Shown piece after piece: positions 27,947 to 35,544 of a stretch of 35,889 nt of DNA. Under the pieces are notes generated by a model that was not told the DNA's origin, searched no databases, and saw only the letters and a program-made list of their open reading frames with translations. Numbering within the stretch: the first letter of the stretch is position 1; every line of letters starts with the position of its first letter. The translations under genes were made by a program, and so were the position numbers. Source of the DNA: a virus (taxonomy: Duplodnaviria > Caudoviricetes); the IMG/VR virus record IMGVR_UViG_3300032212_000693, positions 1 through 35,889 of that record, one strand, 5' to 3'.

Positions 27947-28330
27947 TTATTTTTTGTTTCGTAAGAAAAAATCTAATTGCTCTTTATCTTTTTTTATAAT
28001 TTTTGTGTCTTCAATTGGTGAGTTTAAAGGCTGCAATATTTTTGCAATTTCATAACCTGCTTTGGTTAATTTAACTCGCTTTTTACGCTTATCTATTTCA
28101 CAGCAATGAACACTGAGTAAGCTGATTGGTTTGCGCTTTTTGGTGAGGTTTTTCATAGACGTTACTTTATGAAAAACAGTGGTCATGCTCATATCTAAAC
28201 GCAATGCTATTTCTGCCATGCTTTGGCCTGGGTTATCTCCAACCTCACATATAATTCTGAAATGCACACCATCGAGTGACGGCCAGCTTTGCCCAAGTTC
28301 ATCTATAAAAGTTCGCTGTTTATCAGTCAT
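27947..28330 (-). CDS. MarR-like winged-helix DNA-binding protein
   Basis: PGQSMAEIALRLDMSMTTV HTH and DKRKKRVKLTKAG wing. GGAG RBS. Confidence 0.8.
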   Translation of the reverse strand: MTDKQRTFIDELGQSWPSLDGVHFRIICEVGDNPGQSMAEIALRLDMSMTTVFHKVTSMKNLTKKRKPISLLSVHCCEIDKRKKRVKLTKAGYEIAKILQPLNSPIEDTKIIKKDKEQLDFFLRNKK

Positions 28331-28334
28331 TGGT

Positions 28335-28499
28335 TCACTCCTTCAGTAGTATTTTTTCTAATTTGTATAAAGCATTTATCATGCACCTGGCTTCATATTC
28401 AGAAGCTGCTAAGTTCATTGCATCTGCCCAACCAAAACGGCTAATCAGTACAAAAAGTGCTTTCAGTTCGTTTTCATCAAAATTGTCTAAATTGTCCAT
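28335..28499 (-). CDS. 54-aa small phage protein, absent from the ORF track
   Basis: MDNLDNFDENELKALFVLISRFGWADAMNLAASEYEARCMINALYKLEKILLKE. AAGGGTG RBS. Ends 4 bp before the next start. Confidence 0.65.
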   Translation of the reverse strand: MDNLDNFDENELKALFVLISRFGWADAMNLAASEYEARCMINALYKLEKILLKE

Positions 28500-28525
28500 A
28501 TATCACCCTTTTTCACTCATATTTA

Positions 28526-28854
28526 TGGGGGGGGGCTGGGAAAACCCTAATTTTTCTAATCGAGTCCCCTTAAACCTACGAAACCCCCATGTAACAACGT
28601 ATTAGCTGTTTTCAATTTTCTAATTTTTTTCTAATTTTTTTCTAATCGTTTTCTAATTAAAAGTTAAATCATTGATATTTAAAGGTTTTTTCTTATGGCT
28701 TTTTCTAATTTTTTTCTAATCGTTTTTCTAATCCGATTAGAAAAAATTAGAAAATAATTAGAAAATGAAAATCACCTAAGTACATGAATTAATTAATAAA
28801 TATAGAAATATTTTCAATAATTAGAAAAATTAGGCTTTTCCCGACCCCCCCCCA
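28526..28854. other. Putative phage replication origin: iteron array bounded by 35-bp inverted repeats
   Basis: TTTTCTAAT copies with the C at 28556, 28620, 28631, 28642, 28653, 28705, 28716, 28728. Inverted ATTAGAAAA copies with the G at 28740, 28750, 28761, 28824. Directly downstream of the primase-helicase gene. Confidence 0.75.
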
Positions 28855-31589
28855 AAATTCTGGCAACGTCTGAAAACAAGGCAGTGTTTAGCCTTTTCAG
28901 TGATTTTTGAATTAATGCTTTTTGCCCCTATATATTGATAATGGGTGCTATGTACCAATAGCTTTTTGAGGACTTTAACCAGGGGTAATCTGTGTCTGTA
29001 GCTGTCTGCTCTAGCGGCTACTTCATTTAAATTAATAGCAATCAGTTCCGGGTCTTTGCTATGGTTTAAAACTTCAACATCCATTTTTTTATTCGTGTAG
29101 TGGTAGTCAGGGTCTTTCTCCTGGGTAACGTTAATAAGCTCGAACACCTGCCAGAAATTTTCTATATCTGGGTGGTCACTACTCATACGTTCCTGACGCT
29201 CAGTTGCACGGCTAATAAGATAATTTTTTACCCGATTTCCATGTCTGGCCACATCACCACCAAACACATTATCTAATGCAAAAAAACAGGCACAAATTAA
29301 GGCATGTACTTCCTGTATTCTTACCATTGATATTTTGTCAATGGCTCTAAATTCATTGAGTATTTTTTTATAATGTTCTTGAATATCAGAAAATATTTTT
29401 GTTTCATTTGTCATGGATTTATAAGCAAAGATGGCCGCATCCTCATGACTCATATCTCTGAACTTTCTTAACAAATCAAAACCTTCAGTACTAAAATGCG
29501 ATTCAGTGAAGTGCAAATGAACAAATCGACTGATCATTGCTTTTTCGCAATCAACTTCAGCATTTTGCGCAGCTATAAACCCACACTTAAATGGCGGTTC
29601 TATGGTTTCACTACCGCCAGTGGGCAAACCAATGCCGCGAACTGGCCCACCGTTAAAGGCATCTTTCATTTCGTTAATATCAAAGGCTTGCTTTGCCTCT
29701 GTTGTATCACCTTCAACCATTACCATAGGAAAGCCAGATAGTTTAGTCATGGCTTTACCACGGCCAGCTTTTGAATATTTGGTTGGGTTGATACCTTCAT
29801 AACGGCCAGAGCGCCCACTGGCTTTCCACAAGAATTCAAGAATGGTTGACTTACCTGTGCCAGGCTTACCACTCATTTCTAAGAATGGATACCAGCCATA
29901 ATGTTTTCTAAGTTGTTCAGAGAAAAAAGTACCAAACCAATATGCAATGGTAATTAAGCCGTTTATTCCAAAAGCGGTATCTATATCGTTTAACCAGTTA
30001 ACTTCTGCATTAACATTTGGCTTAACAAAGTTAATATCTTTTAAAGTTGATTTTGTTTTTTTATCGTTATATTGAATTAAACCAATTTCATCTTTTTCAA
30101 TGTATTGACCGTTCTTTATACCGAACTTATCAAATACATAGCCACCAAAAACAGCGTCATATCCCATATAGTTTATGGTCTTTACTTCCTCACTGGCTTT
30201 TTTATGGCGAAACCAGCCGTCATAAATAAATCTAAATTCTCGATCAAATCCATAAAATGCACCACCGGCAGCAATACCAACCAATGACTTATGAAATCCC
30301 TTAGCGCTTTCCAGTGCATTTTTATCTAATGATTCCTGAACACGTGGCGCACCGTTTGAAAAATCAACCCTGACAAAAAAACTAAGTTCACGGGTTAATT
30401 GATTTCTTTCTGCATATAAAAACTGAGGAAAGCATGGACTTATTTTTTTAATAGTAGAATATTTAGTAAATTCACCGGGTACTTGTTTGTGGTCGTATAA
30501 AGCGTCATCTTCAAGGTGCTTTAAATCATTAATTGAAACATTTTCTTTGCCTGCATCAACAGACACACTGTACAAAGCATTATTAAAATCAATTACAAAA
30601 AAATGCCTGCCGCGTTCCCTGAAAAATACAAATGCTTTTCTATCTACATTTTTAGCTGCTGCTAAAAGTCCACGGTATAAACAGTCATTCATAAAGCGTG
30701 GGTTATCTTTACTGAGTGTTTTATTTTTATAAAAGTCGTCCCAGTCTTCAGAGTCACTACCGGTCAATGCCATAGTGCTGGTTTCGCCCATTTCATCCAT
30801 GTGCTTTCTGTGCTTGGCCATGTAGGTGATACCGGCCTTATCAAAGTCCAGTCCCCATACCCAAATAATGTTTTTACCCAGGTAAGGCTTAATAGCTTCA
30901 GATGGGAAGTAACCCGCCCCAATGGTTGCAGCCACTTTATATCCTGCTAAATGCAAAGCTATGGCATGAAAAATACCCTCTACCAGGTAAACGCTGTCAC
31001 CGTCATTAATAACCTGGCCAGGTGGTGTCCACCACAAGCCTTTAACCAGGCTACCATTAAGCTCTTTATAATTTGGGTCATCCTGGTTAAGCTTTCGACG
31101 CTGGCCGCCCATGTTCTGGCGCTGGCCGTCTTTCTTTCCCTGGTTTATTAACCGTTCCCAAAATACATTTCGTTCAGCATCGAGTACAAAGCGGACGGTT
31201 GGTGATTTAATTCCATTTTTATCAAAGTAGTTTTGGCTATACCAATTTGAAATAGTTGACGTGGGGAACCCACGCTTAAGCCGCATATAGGTATCTGCTA
31301 CAGCGTTAGGGTTTGAAGGGTCGTTTTTAGATTCAGCGATTATTGCCTCAACTATTTCAGGGTATAAGCTGGCTGTAGTCTCGTTATAGTCACAGTTAGT
31401 AAGACGGTTACACTGAACTTTCCACGGTCTATCAGCATGGGCAAACACTTCTTTTTCTTCGCAAGCAGGGCAAGTGCCGCGAGTTAAACTACCATTAGCT
31501 GCTTTTTTAAATTTAAAAATTTTGTCATTAATTAAAGCATCTGCATAACGAGATTTTAATTTTTCATTGAACATAGAATTACTACTCAC
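28830..31589 (-). CDS. Replication primase-helicase (Zn finger + TOPRIM + P-loop NTPase)
   Basis: CPAC..CNRLTNC, VYLVEGIFHA and LDFDKAG, Walker A GKPGTGKS. 919 aa. Confidence 0.9.
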   Translation of the reverse strand: MSSNSMFNEKLKSRYADALINDKIFKFKKAANGSLTRGTCPACEEKEVFAHADRPWKVQCNRLTNCDYNETTASLYPEIVEAIIAESKNDPSNPNAVADTYMRLKRGFPTSTISNWYSQNYFDKNGIKSPTVRFVLDAERNVFWERLINQGKKDGQRQNMGGQRRKLNQDDPNYKELNGSLVKGLWWTPPGQVINDGDSVYLVEGIFHAIALHLAGYKVAATIGAGYFPSEAIKPYLGKNIIWVWGLDFDKAGITYMAKHRKHMDEMGETSTMALTGSDSEDWDDFYKNKTLSKDNPRFMNDCLYRGLLAAAKNVDRKAFVFFRERGRHFFVIDFNNALYSVSVDAGKENVSINDLKHLEDDALYDHKQVPGEFTKYSTIKKISPCFPQFLYAERNQLTRELSFFVRVDFSNGAPRVQESLDKNALESAKGFHKSLVGIAAGGAFYGFDREFRFIYDGWFRHKKASEEVKTINYMGYDAVFGGYVFDKFGIKNGQYIEKDEIGLIQYNDKKTKSTLKDINFVKPNVNAEVNWLNDIDTAFGINGLITIAYWFGTFFSEQLRKHYGWYPFLEMSGKPGTGKSTILEFLWKASGRSGRYEGINPTKYSKAGRGKAMTKLSGFPMVMVEGDTTEAKQAFDINEMKDAFNGGPVRGIGLPTGGSETIEPPFKCGFIAAQNAEVDCEKAMISRFVHLHFTESHFSTEGFDLLRKFRDMSHEDAAIFAYKSMTNETKIFSDIQEHYKKILNEFRAIDKISMVRIQEVHALICACFFALDNVFGGDVARHGNRVKNYLISRATERQERMSSDHPDIENFWQVFELINVTQEKDPDYHYTNKKMDVEVLNHSKDPELIAINLNEVAARADSYRHRLPLVKVLKKLLVHSTHYQYIGAKSINSKITEKAKHCLVFRRCQNFGGGSGKA

Positions 31590-31687
31590 AATAGGCCACC
31601 TATAAAGTGCTTAATAAAATTGGTGTCGTCTATGATTGCTACAGCGTAGCCGTGTTTTAGTTTCCCCATAAAATCGAACTCACGCAT
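31586..31687 (-). CDS. Possible 33-aa peptide between the cox-like gene and the primase
   Basis: MREFDFMGKLKHGYAVAIIDDTNFIKHFIGGLL. Starts 3 bp after the upstream stop and its TGA overlaps the primase GTG. Confidence 0.4.
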   Translation of the reverse strand: MREFDFMGKLKHGYAVAIIDDTNFIKHFIGGLL

Positions 31688-31690
31688 AAC

Positions 31691-31993
31691 CTAGGCCTTC
31701 TTTTTTAAGTTGCTTGATTTATTAATGATGGATTTTTCTTCAGTATCTTTGTTCTGATCAGCAATCATTTTTTCAATATCGCTATCTCGATACCGGTTCA
31801 CACCATTGATCACAACAGGCTCAGGAAATTGTTTTTCTTCATCATTTCTCCACAATCGGCCAGTACTTGTAGAAATGCTTAGTTTTTGGCAAGCCCCCTT
31901 AAAAGAAAGGTAAAGCTCATTGCTTTTAACAATCATTATTGCCGTTGGTAGATTTGGGTCGCTTAAGTGGTCTTTATCGGTGTTCATAATCAT
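31691..31993 (-). CDS. Cox/AlpA-like excisionase or lytic regulator
   Basis: YLSFKGACQKLSISTSTGRLW..FPEPVVINGVNRYRDSDI. First gene of the early operon, divergent from cI. Confidence 0.8.
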   Translation of the reverse strand: MIMNTDKDHLSDPNLPTAIMIVKSNELYLSFKGACQKLSISTSTGRLWRNDEEKQFPEPVVINGVNRYRDSDIEKMIADQNKDTEEKSIINKSSNLKKKA

Positions 31994-32074
31994 TCCTAAA
32001 GTTGTTTAATTAGCCATATAACGTCATAATCAACACTATTATGCACTCTATAAGCGCATATAGTGCTCATATCA

Positions 32075-32115
32075 ACGATATATCGTATTTATAGCACGAT
32101 ATATCGGTTTGTCAA
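32075..32115 (-). promoter_or_regulatory. Early lytic promoter with two palindromic repressor operators
   Basis: TTGACA (32115-32110), N16, extended TGn-TATAAA (-10 at 32093-32088). CGATATATCG palindromes at 32076-32085 and 32097-32106, 21 bp apart. Confidence 0.75.
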
Positions 32116-32143
32116 CAATAATATACAACTCGGTGAGGGTGAA

Positions 32144-32785
32144 ATGGCTAAAACAAGCAACATGGAAGGACTAGACTTGAATACATTAAAAGGGCGTTTG
32201 GCATACGCAGTAAAAACAAAAGGGCCTAAATATATATCTGAAATTACTGGAATAAGTACTTCAATGCTGGGAAGCATATCCGCTCAAAAAACGAAAACCT
32301 CACTGGACAATGCAGCTCTAATAGCACATGCAACCGGGTTTGAATTAAAGTGGATAGCGCTTGGTGAAGGCCCGCAGATGAGTGATGCCGATTTGTGGGA
32401 ATACACCAGTAGTTTCAATGAGGTCATGCCGCTAGATGAAAACCAAAAGCTTGAACTTTCATTTAATCCTGATTTTTTGGAGCAAGAATTAAAAACTAAA
32501 CCGGCTAATTGTCGTGTATGGAAAATTGACTATAAAATAAATTTAGATCAACTTGAGCAAGACTTTATAGTCTTAATCGACACTAGCAATAAGCAAGGTA
32601 GCGGAAGGTTTGTTGTTAATGTTAATGATGTTATTAGTGTTGTTGATATACGTATTAACATCGATGGTAGCGCCACGATTAAAACCGACAGTATCAATTC
32701 TGATACTGATCAAACCATCACTGATGAACAATATAAAAAACTAAATATTCAAGGCCGTGTCATTTGGCATGGTGGCCGTTCTTAA
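32144..32785 (+). CDS. cI: CI-like immunity repressor
   Basis: N-terminal HTH ending ELKWIALGEGP, C-terminal IQGRVIW. ATG 32144 has a GAGGG RBS. Lies upstream of int. Confidence 0.85.
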   Translation: MAKTSNMEGLDLNTLKGRLAYAVKTKGPKYISEITGISTSMLGSISAQKTKTSLDNAALIAHATGFELKWIALGEGPQMSDADLWEYTSSFNEVMPLDENQKLELSFNPDFLEQELKTKPANCRVWKIDYKINLDQLEQDFIVLIDTSNKQGSGRFVVNVNDVISVVDIRINIDGSATIKTDSINSDTDQTITDEQYKKLNIQGRVIWHGGRS

Positions 32786-32804
32786 TTTTAAAGGATTAAA
32801 TATT

Positions 32805-33992
32805 ATGGCTCGTGACCCTATACAGATACGAGGCGATTCAATTATTGGTATATACCCCGATGATTTTGAAAAAGGACATGTTCCTGGTCGGCGTGGCACA
32901 CGTCGTGTATTGTGCAAAAAAAGCACGTTCGATAGCTTGCCAGGCAGTGAGCAAGATGATTTTATTTCTAAACTTTACTACAAGAAAAAACGTGAAATAG
33001 CAGACGAAAGAGACAACAGCCGCAGGCTAAAAGAGAAAATAAAGCGCAACAAAAAAAAGGCAACCATTAGAGAAGCGGCTGACGTTTGGCTAGAAGAAAT
33101 AAAAAAACTACAATCAAAAGAAACAGCGCGTGACTATAACCGTTCTATAAAACTTTATATTAAAATAAACAAAAATCATTTAATCAAAGAGTTTGACCGC
33201 GCTTATAACGTTGATTTTTTACACGGTCTTGCAAATACAAAAAACCAGCGCAAACAGGATGAATTTATAAGTATGGATACACAGCACAAGCACGCCCGCG
33301 TTTTCAGAATACTATTAAACTGGTGCCATGCTTCAGATTATTTAGACGCGCCCAAAAAAGTAATCATGCCTAAAGTTCCTAAAAAAGAAATGGAGACTTT
33401 CACCATTGATCAAGTCAACTTATTAGAGGAATTTTTGAAGCACCAGGCCAGCGGGCCAAACCCAAAACGGCTAGATAGAAAATACTGTAATTTAAACAGG
33501 GCTTTCATATTAGCCAGGCATACTATTTTAAGAACCGGTGCTATCTGGTCGCTAAAACTGGAAAATATCGACCTTGAGAAAGGCATTATTAGAATTCGAG
33601 ATAATCCAGATTTGAACTGGAGCCCCAAAAAGCTAAAGTGGCCGAATAAACCTATAAACAAGACCTTAATGAATTTTTTAGTTCAAGATTTAAAGTGGCG
33701 TTCACCGGAAGAAAAATATTTTCTGGACAATGGGAAAGGTGGCCCCTGGTCGTCTGATACAGCGGGTTTAACAAGGGGCATGAAAGAATGTTGTATGACA
33801 CTGGGTTTACCGAAAGGGGTTAAGCCGTTCCACTGGGGAGTAAGGGCCACATTTATAACCTGGTTACTAAACAACGGAGTAGACCCTGTAAAAGTGCAAC
33901 ATCTTGCAGATCATTCAACATTAGCCACTACAATGCTGTATTTCAATACCCGCCAAAACAATCAACAGATTGCAGCTGATATGCTGGGTTAA
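32805..33992 (+). CDS. int: Tyrosine recombinase phage integrase
   Basis: R in HTILRTGAIWSL, FHWGVRATF and VQHLADHSTLATTMLY. ATG 32805 has an AAGGA RBS. Adjacent to att. Confidence 0.92.
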   Translation: MARDPIQIRGDSIIGIYPDDFEKGHVPGRRGTRRVLCKKSTFDSLPGSEQDDFISKLYYKKKREIADERDNSRRLKEKIKRNKKKATIREAADVWLEEIKKLQSKETARDYNRSIKLYIKINKNHLIKEFDRAYNVDFLHGLANTKNQRKQDEFISMDTQHKHARVFRILLNWCHASDYLDAPKKVIMPKVPKKEMETFTIDQVNLLEEFLKHQASGPNPKRLDRKYCNLNRAFILARHTILRTGAIWSLKLENIDLEKGIIRIRDNPDLNWSPKKLKWPNKPINKTLMNFLVQDLKWRSPEEKYFLDNGKGGPWSSDTAGLTRGMKECCMTLGLPKGVKPFHWGVRATFITWLLNNGVDPVKVQHLADHSTLATTMLYFNTRQNNQQIAADMLG

Positions 33993-33998
33993 TAACGG

Positions 33999-34021
33999 TT
34001 TTGTGTCACATTTAGTGTCAT
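33999..34021 (+). promoter_or_regulatory. Putative integrase arm-type sites
   Basis: Direct repeat TTTTGTGTCAC / TTTAGTGTCAT, 12 bp apart, between int and the att core. Confidence 0.45.
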
Positions 34022-34080
34022 TTTTGCTATTTTTTTAGCTAAAAGCGCCGTGCAATAGGCTTTTTCTAAGGATGCCGACA

Positions 34081-34126
34081 ACTTTTAATCCATTGGTCCC
34101 GCGTTCGAGTCGCGGACGGCCCACCA
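34081..34126 (+). other. att core: 3' half of tRNA-Lys(UUU), not a complete tRNA
   Basis: ACTTTTAATCCATTGGTCCCGCGTTCGAGTCGCGGACGGCCCACCA gives anticodon loop TTT, T arm, acceptor 3' strand and CCA. No D arm or 5' acceptor strand upstream. Confidence 0.9.
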
Positions 34127-34133
34127 TATTTAT

Positions 34134-34166
34134 AAAAACCTGTCAGTTTCTGACAGGTTTTTTTTT
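34134..34166 (+). terminator. Terminator of the host tRNA transcript
   Basis: AAAAACCTGTCAG-ttt-CTGACAGG followed by T9. Confidence 0.88.
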
Positions 34167-34655
34167 GCTACCAGTAAAGTCGCTTTGGTCGATGCGGTTC
34201 GAGTTGAAGGCTTGTTGTCAGGGAGGGGGCATAGATTAACTATAGGCTGTAATATAAAATCATCTTAACTTACTCTTGTTACTACTCTAAATATTTTCTC
34301 GAATTACGTGTAAACAGTCAAACTCGTGAAAATTCTAAAATTACTATAAGTTAATGATTGGTAATACTTTATTTGTGATGAAATAGAAAAATATAAGCTG
34401 ATAAACACTAAAGAATGATATTCACGACTTGTATAGAGGGATTTCTAGTATTAATCTATAACGTTCAGGTAGAAGTCAAATCTTTGACCTGGTTAATAAG
34501 GATTAGTTAGCGGGTTTATTTATCCATAAGGTCTGGATGAAAGTGATTGTTGGTCAGGTGTAAGTAATATTTATAATTACCCAGTCCAGTTTCCTGCGGT
34601 ATCTAGTGACGGGGAAACAGGCCTATTTATTAAATTGTTACAAGGAGTGTTTCAA

Positions 34656-35330
34656 ATGATTAAAGTAATTGTGATTTCTGATATTAAAATTTACTGTGAA
34701 GGGTTGAGCAGGATTCTTTCAGCTACCTACCCACTAGAAGTGATTGGTGCAGAAAACAATTTTCCAGATACCATCGAAAATATAAAGCAGAATGTTCCAG
34801 ATGTAATCTTGCTGGATATGACAATGGTTGACAGCTGTCGTTTTGCAGAAAATGTCTTAACAGTTAATCCTCAAATTAAAATTGTTGCATTGGGCATTTC
34901 GGAAAATGAAGAAAATATTGTGGAGTGTGCTGAAGTCGGTATTACCGGTTACGTGGCGAGGGAAGCGTCTCTCGATGAACTTATAGAAACCGTTATTGGC
35001 ACTCAAAAAGGTGAATTTTGTTGTCCACCTAAAATAGCAGCGTGTATTTTTAAAACGATTCAGCGGATTGCCAAAAATACAAATAATGGCCGTCTATCTA
35101 ATATTGTCCATAATGATGAAAGTATTATTTCGTCATTAACTAAACGTGAGCAACAAATTATAAGGTTGATGGCGGCCGGCCTTTCAAACAAGAAAATTTC
35201 CTGTAACCTGACCATTGAAGTATCCACGGTAAAAAATCATGTGCATAATATTCTGGTTAAACTTGGTGTAAGTAGCAGAACGCAGGCAGTATCTTTACTA
35301 CAACGGGTGTCCTTACCTAAAATAAGTTAA
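34656..35330 (+). CDS. NarL/LuxR-family response regulator
   Basis: Receiver PDVILLDM and LuxR HTH LTKREQQII..GLSNKKIS..TVKNHVHNILVKLGV. ATG 34656 has an AAGGAG RBS. Confidence 0.93.
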   Translation: MIKVIVISDIKIYCEGLSRILSATYPLEVIGAENNFPDTIENIKQNVPDVILLDMTMVDSCRFAENVLTVNPQIKIVALGISENEENIVECAEVGITGYVAREASLDELIETVIGTQKGEFCCPPKIAACIFKTIQRIAKNTNNGRLSNIVHNDESIISSLTKREQQIIRLMAAGLSNKKISCNLTIEVSTVKNHVHNILVKLGVSSRTQAVSLLQRVSLPKIS

Positions 35331-35386
35331 TCAACTTTATTCTCTTGCCAGGCTCTATTGAAATGGTTTGATTGTTGTGAATAGAG

Positions 35387-35408
35387 ATCTAGATCTTAAG
35401 ATCTAGAT
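35387..35408. promoter_or_regulatory. Perfect 22-bp palindrome, candidate regulator box
   Basis: ATCTAGATCTTAAGATCTAGAT equals its own reverse complement. Confidence 0.55.
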
Positions 35409-35544
35409 TGGCAATGTGAATGCTGGAAAAATTTGAATCATTCGGTTTAGATATTTTATAAACACTTTCCCCATCTTTTTATTTATTTAATTATCAAAAA
35501 TTTCCATTCAAACTACAGGTTAAGAAATTTGCTGAGGTTAACAT

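Larger units (their letters stand above)
1..34126. mobile_element. P2/HP1/K139-like temperate prophage integrated at tRNA-Lys; left boundary lies upstream of the window
   Basis: Full set of int, cI, replication, ogr, portal, terminase, capsid, tail and baseplate genes in HP1/K139-like order. tRNA 3' half directly after int. I did not find a second att copy by eye, so the cargo at 1-3200 is provisionally inside the element. Confidence 0.92.

Noticed and set aside
28330-28605. 91-aa plus-strand ORF
   Set aside because: It is antisense to a better supported 54-aa minus-strand gene and runs into the origin repeats.
28600-28770. CRISPR array
   Set aside because: Repeats are 9-11 bp, nearly abutting and invert midway. 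There are no spacers or cas genes.
28526-28854. MITE bounded by terminal inverted repeats
   Set aside because: No target-site duplication is evident, one repeat overlaps the primase coding end, and the interior is iteron-like. An origin explains it better.
3774-33874. Numerous 60-147 aa ORFs overlapping or antisense to identified phage genes
   Set aside because: They are shadow frames with no recognisable motifs.
34050-34126. Complete tRNA-Lys gene
   Set aside because: The sequence upstream of 34081 cannot form the D arm or pair with the acceptor stem.
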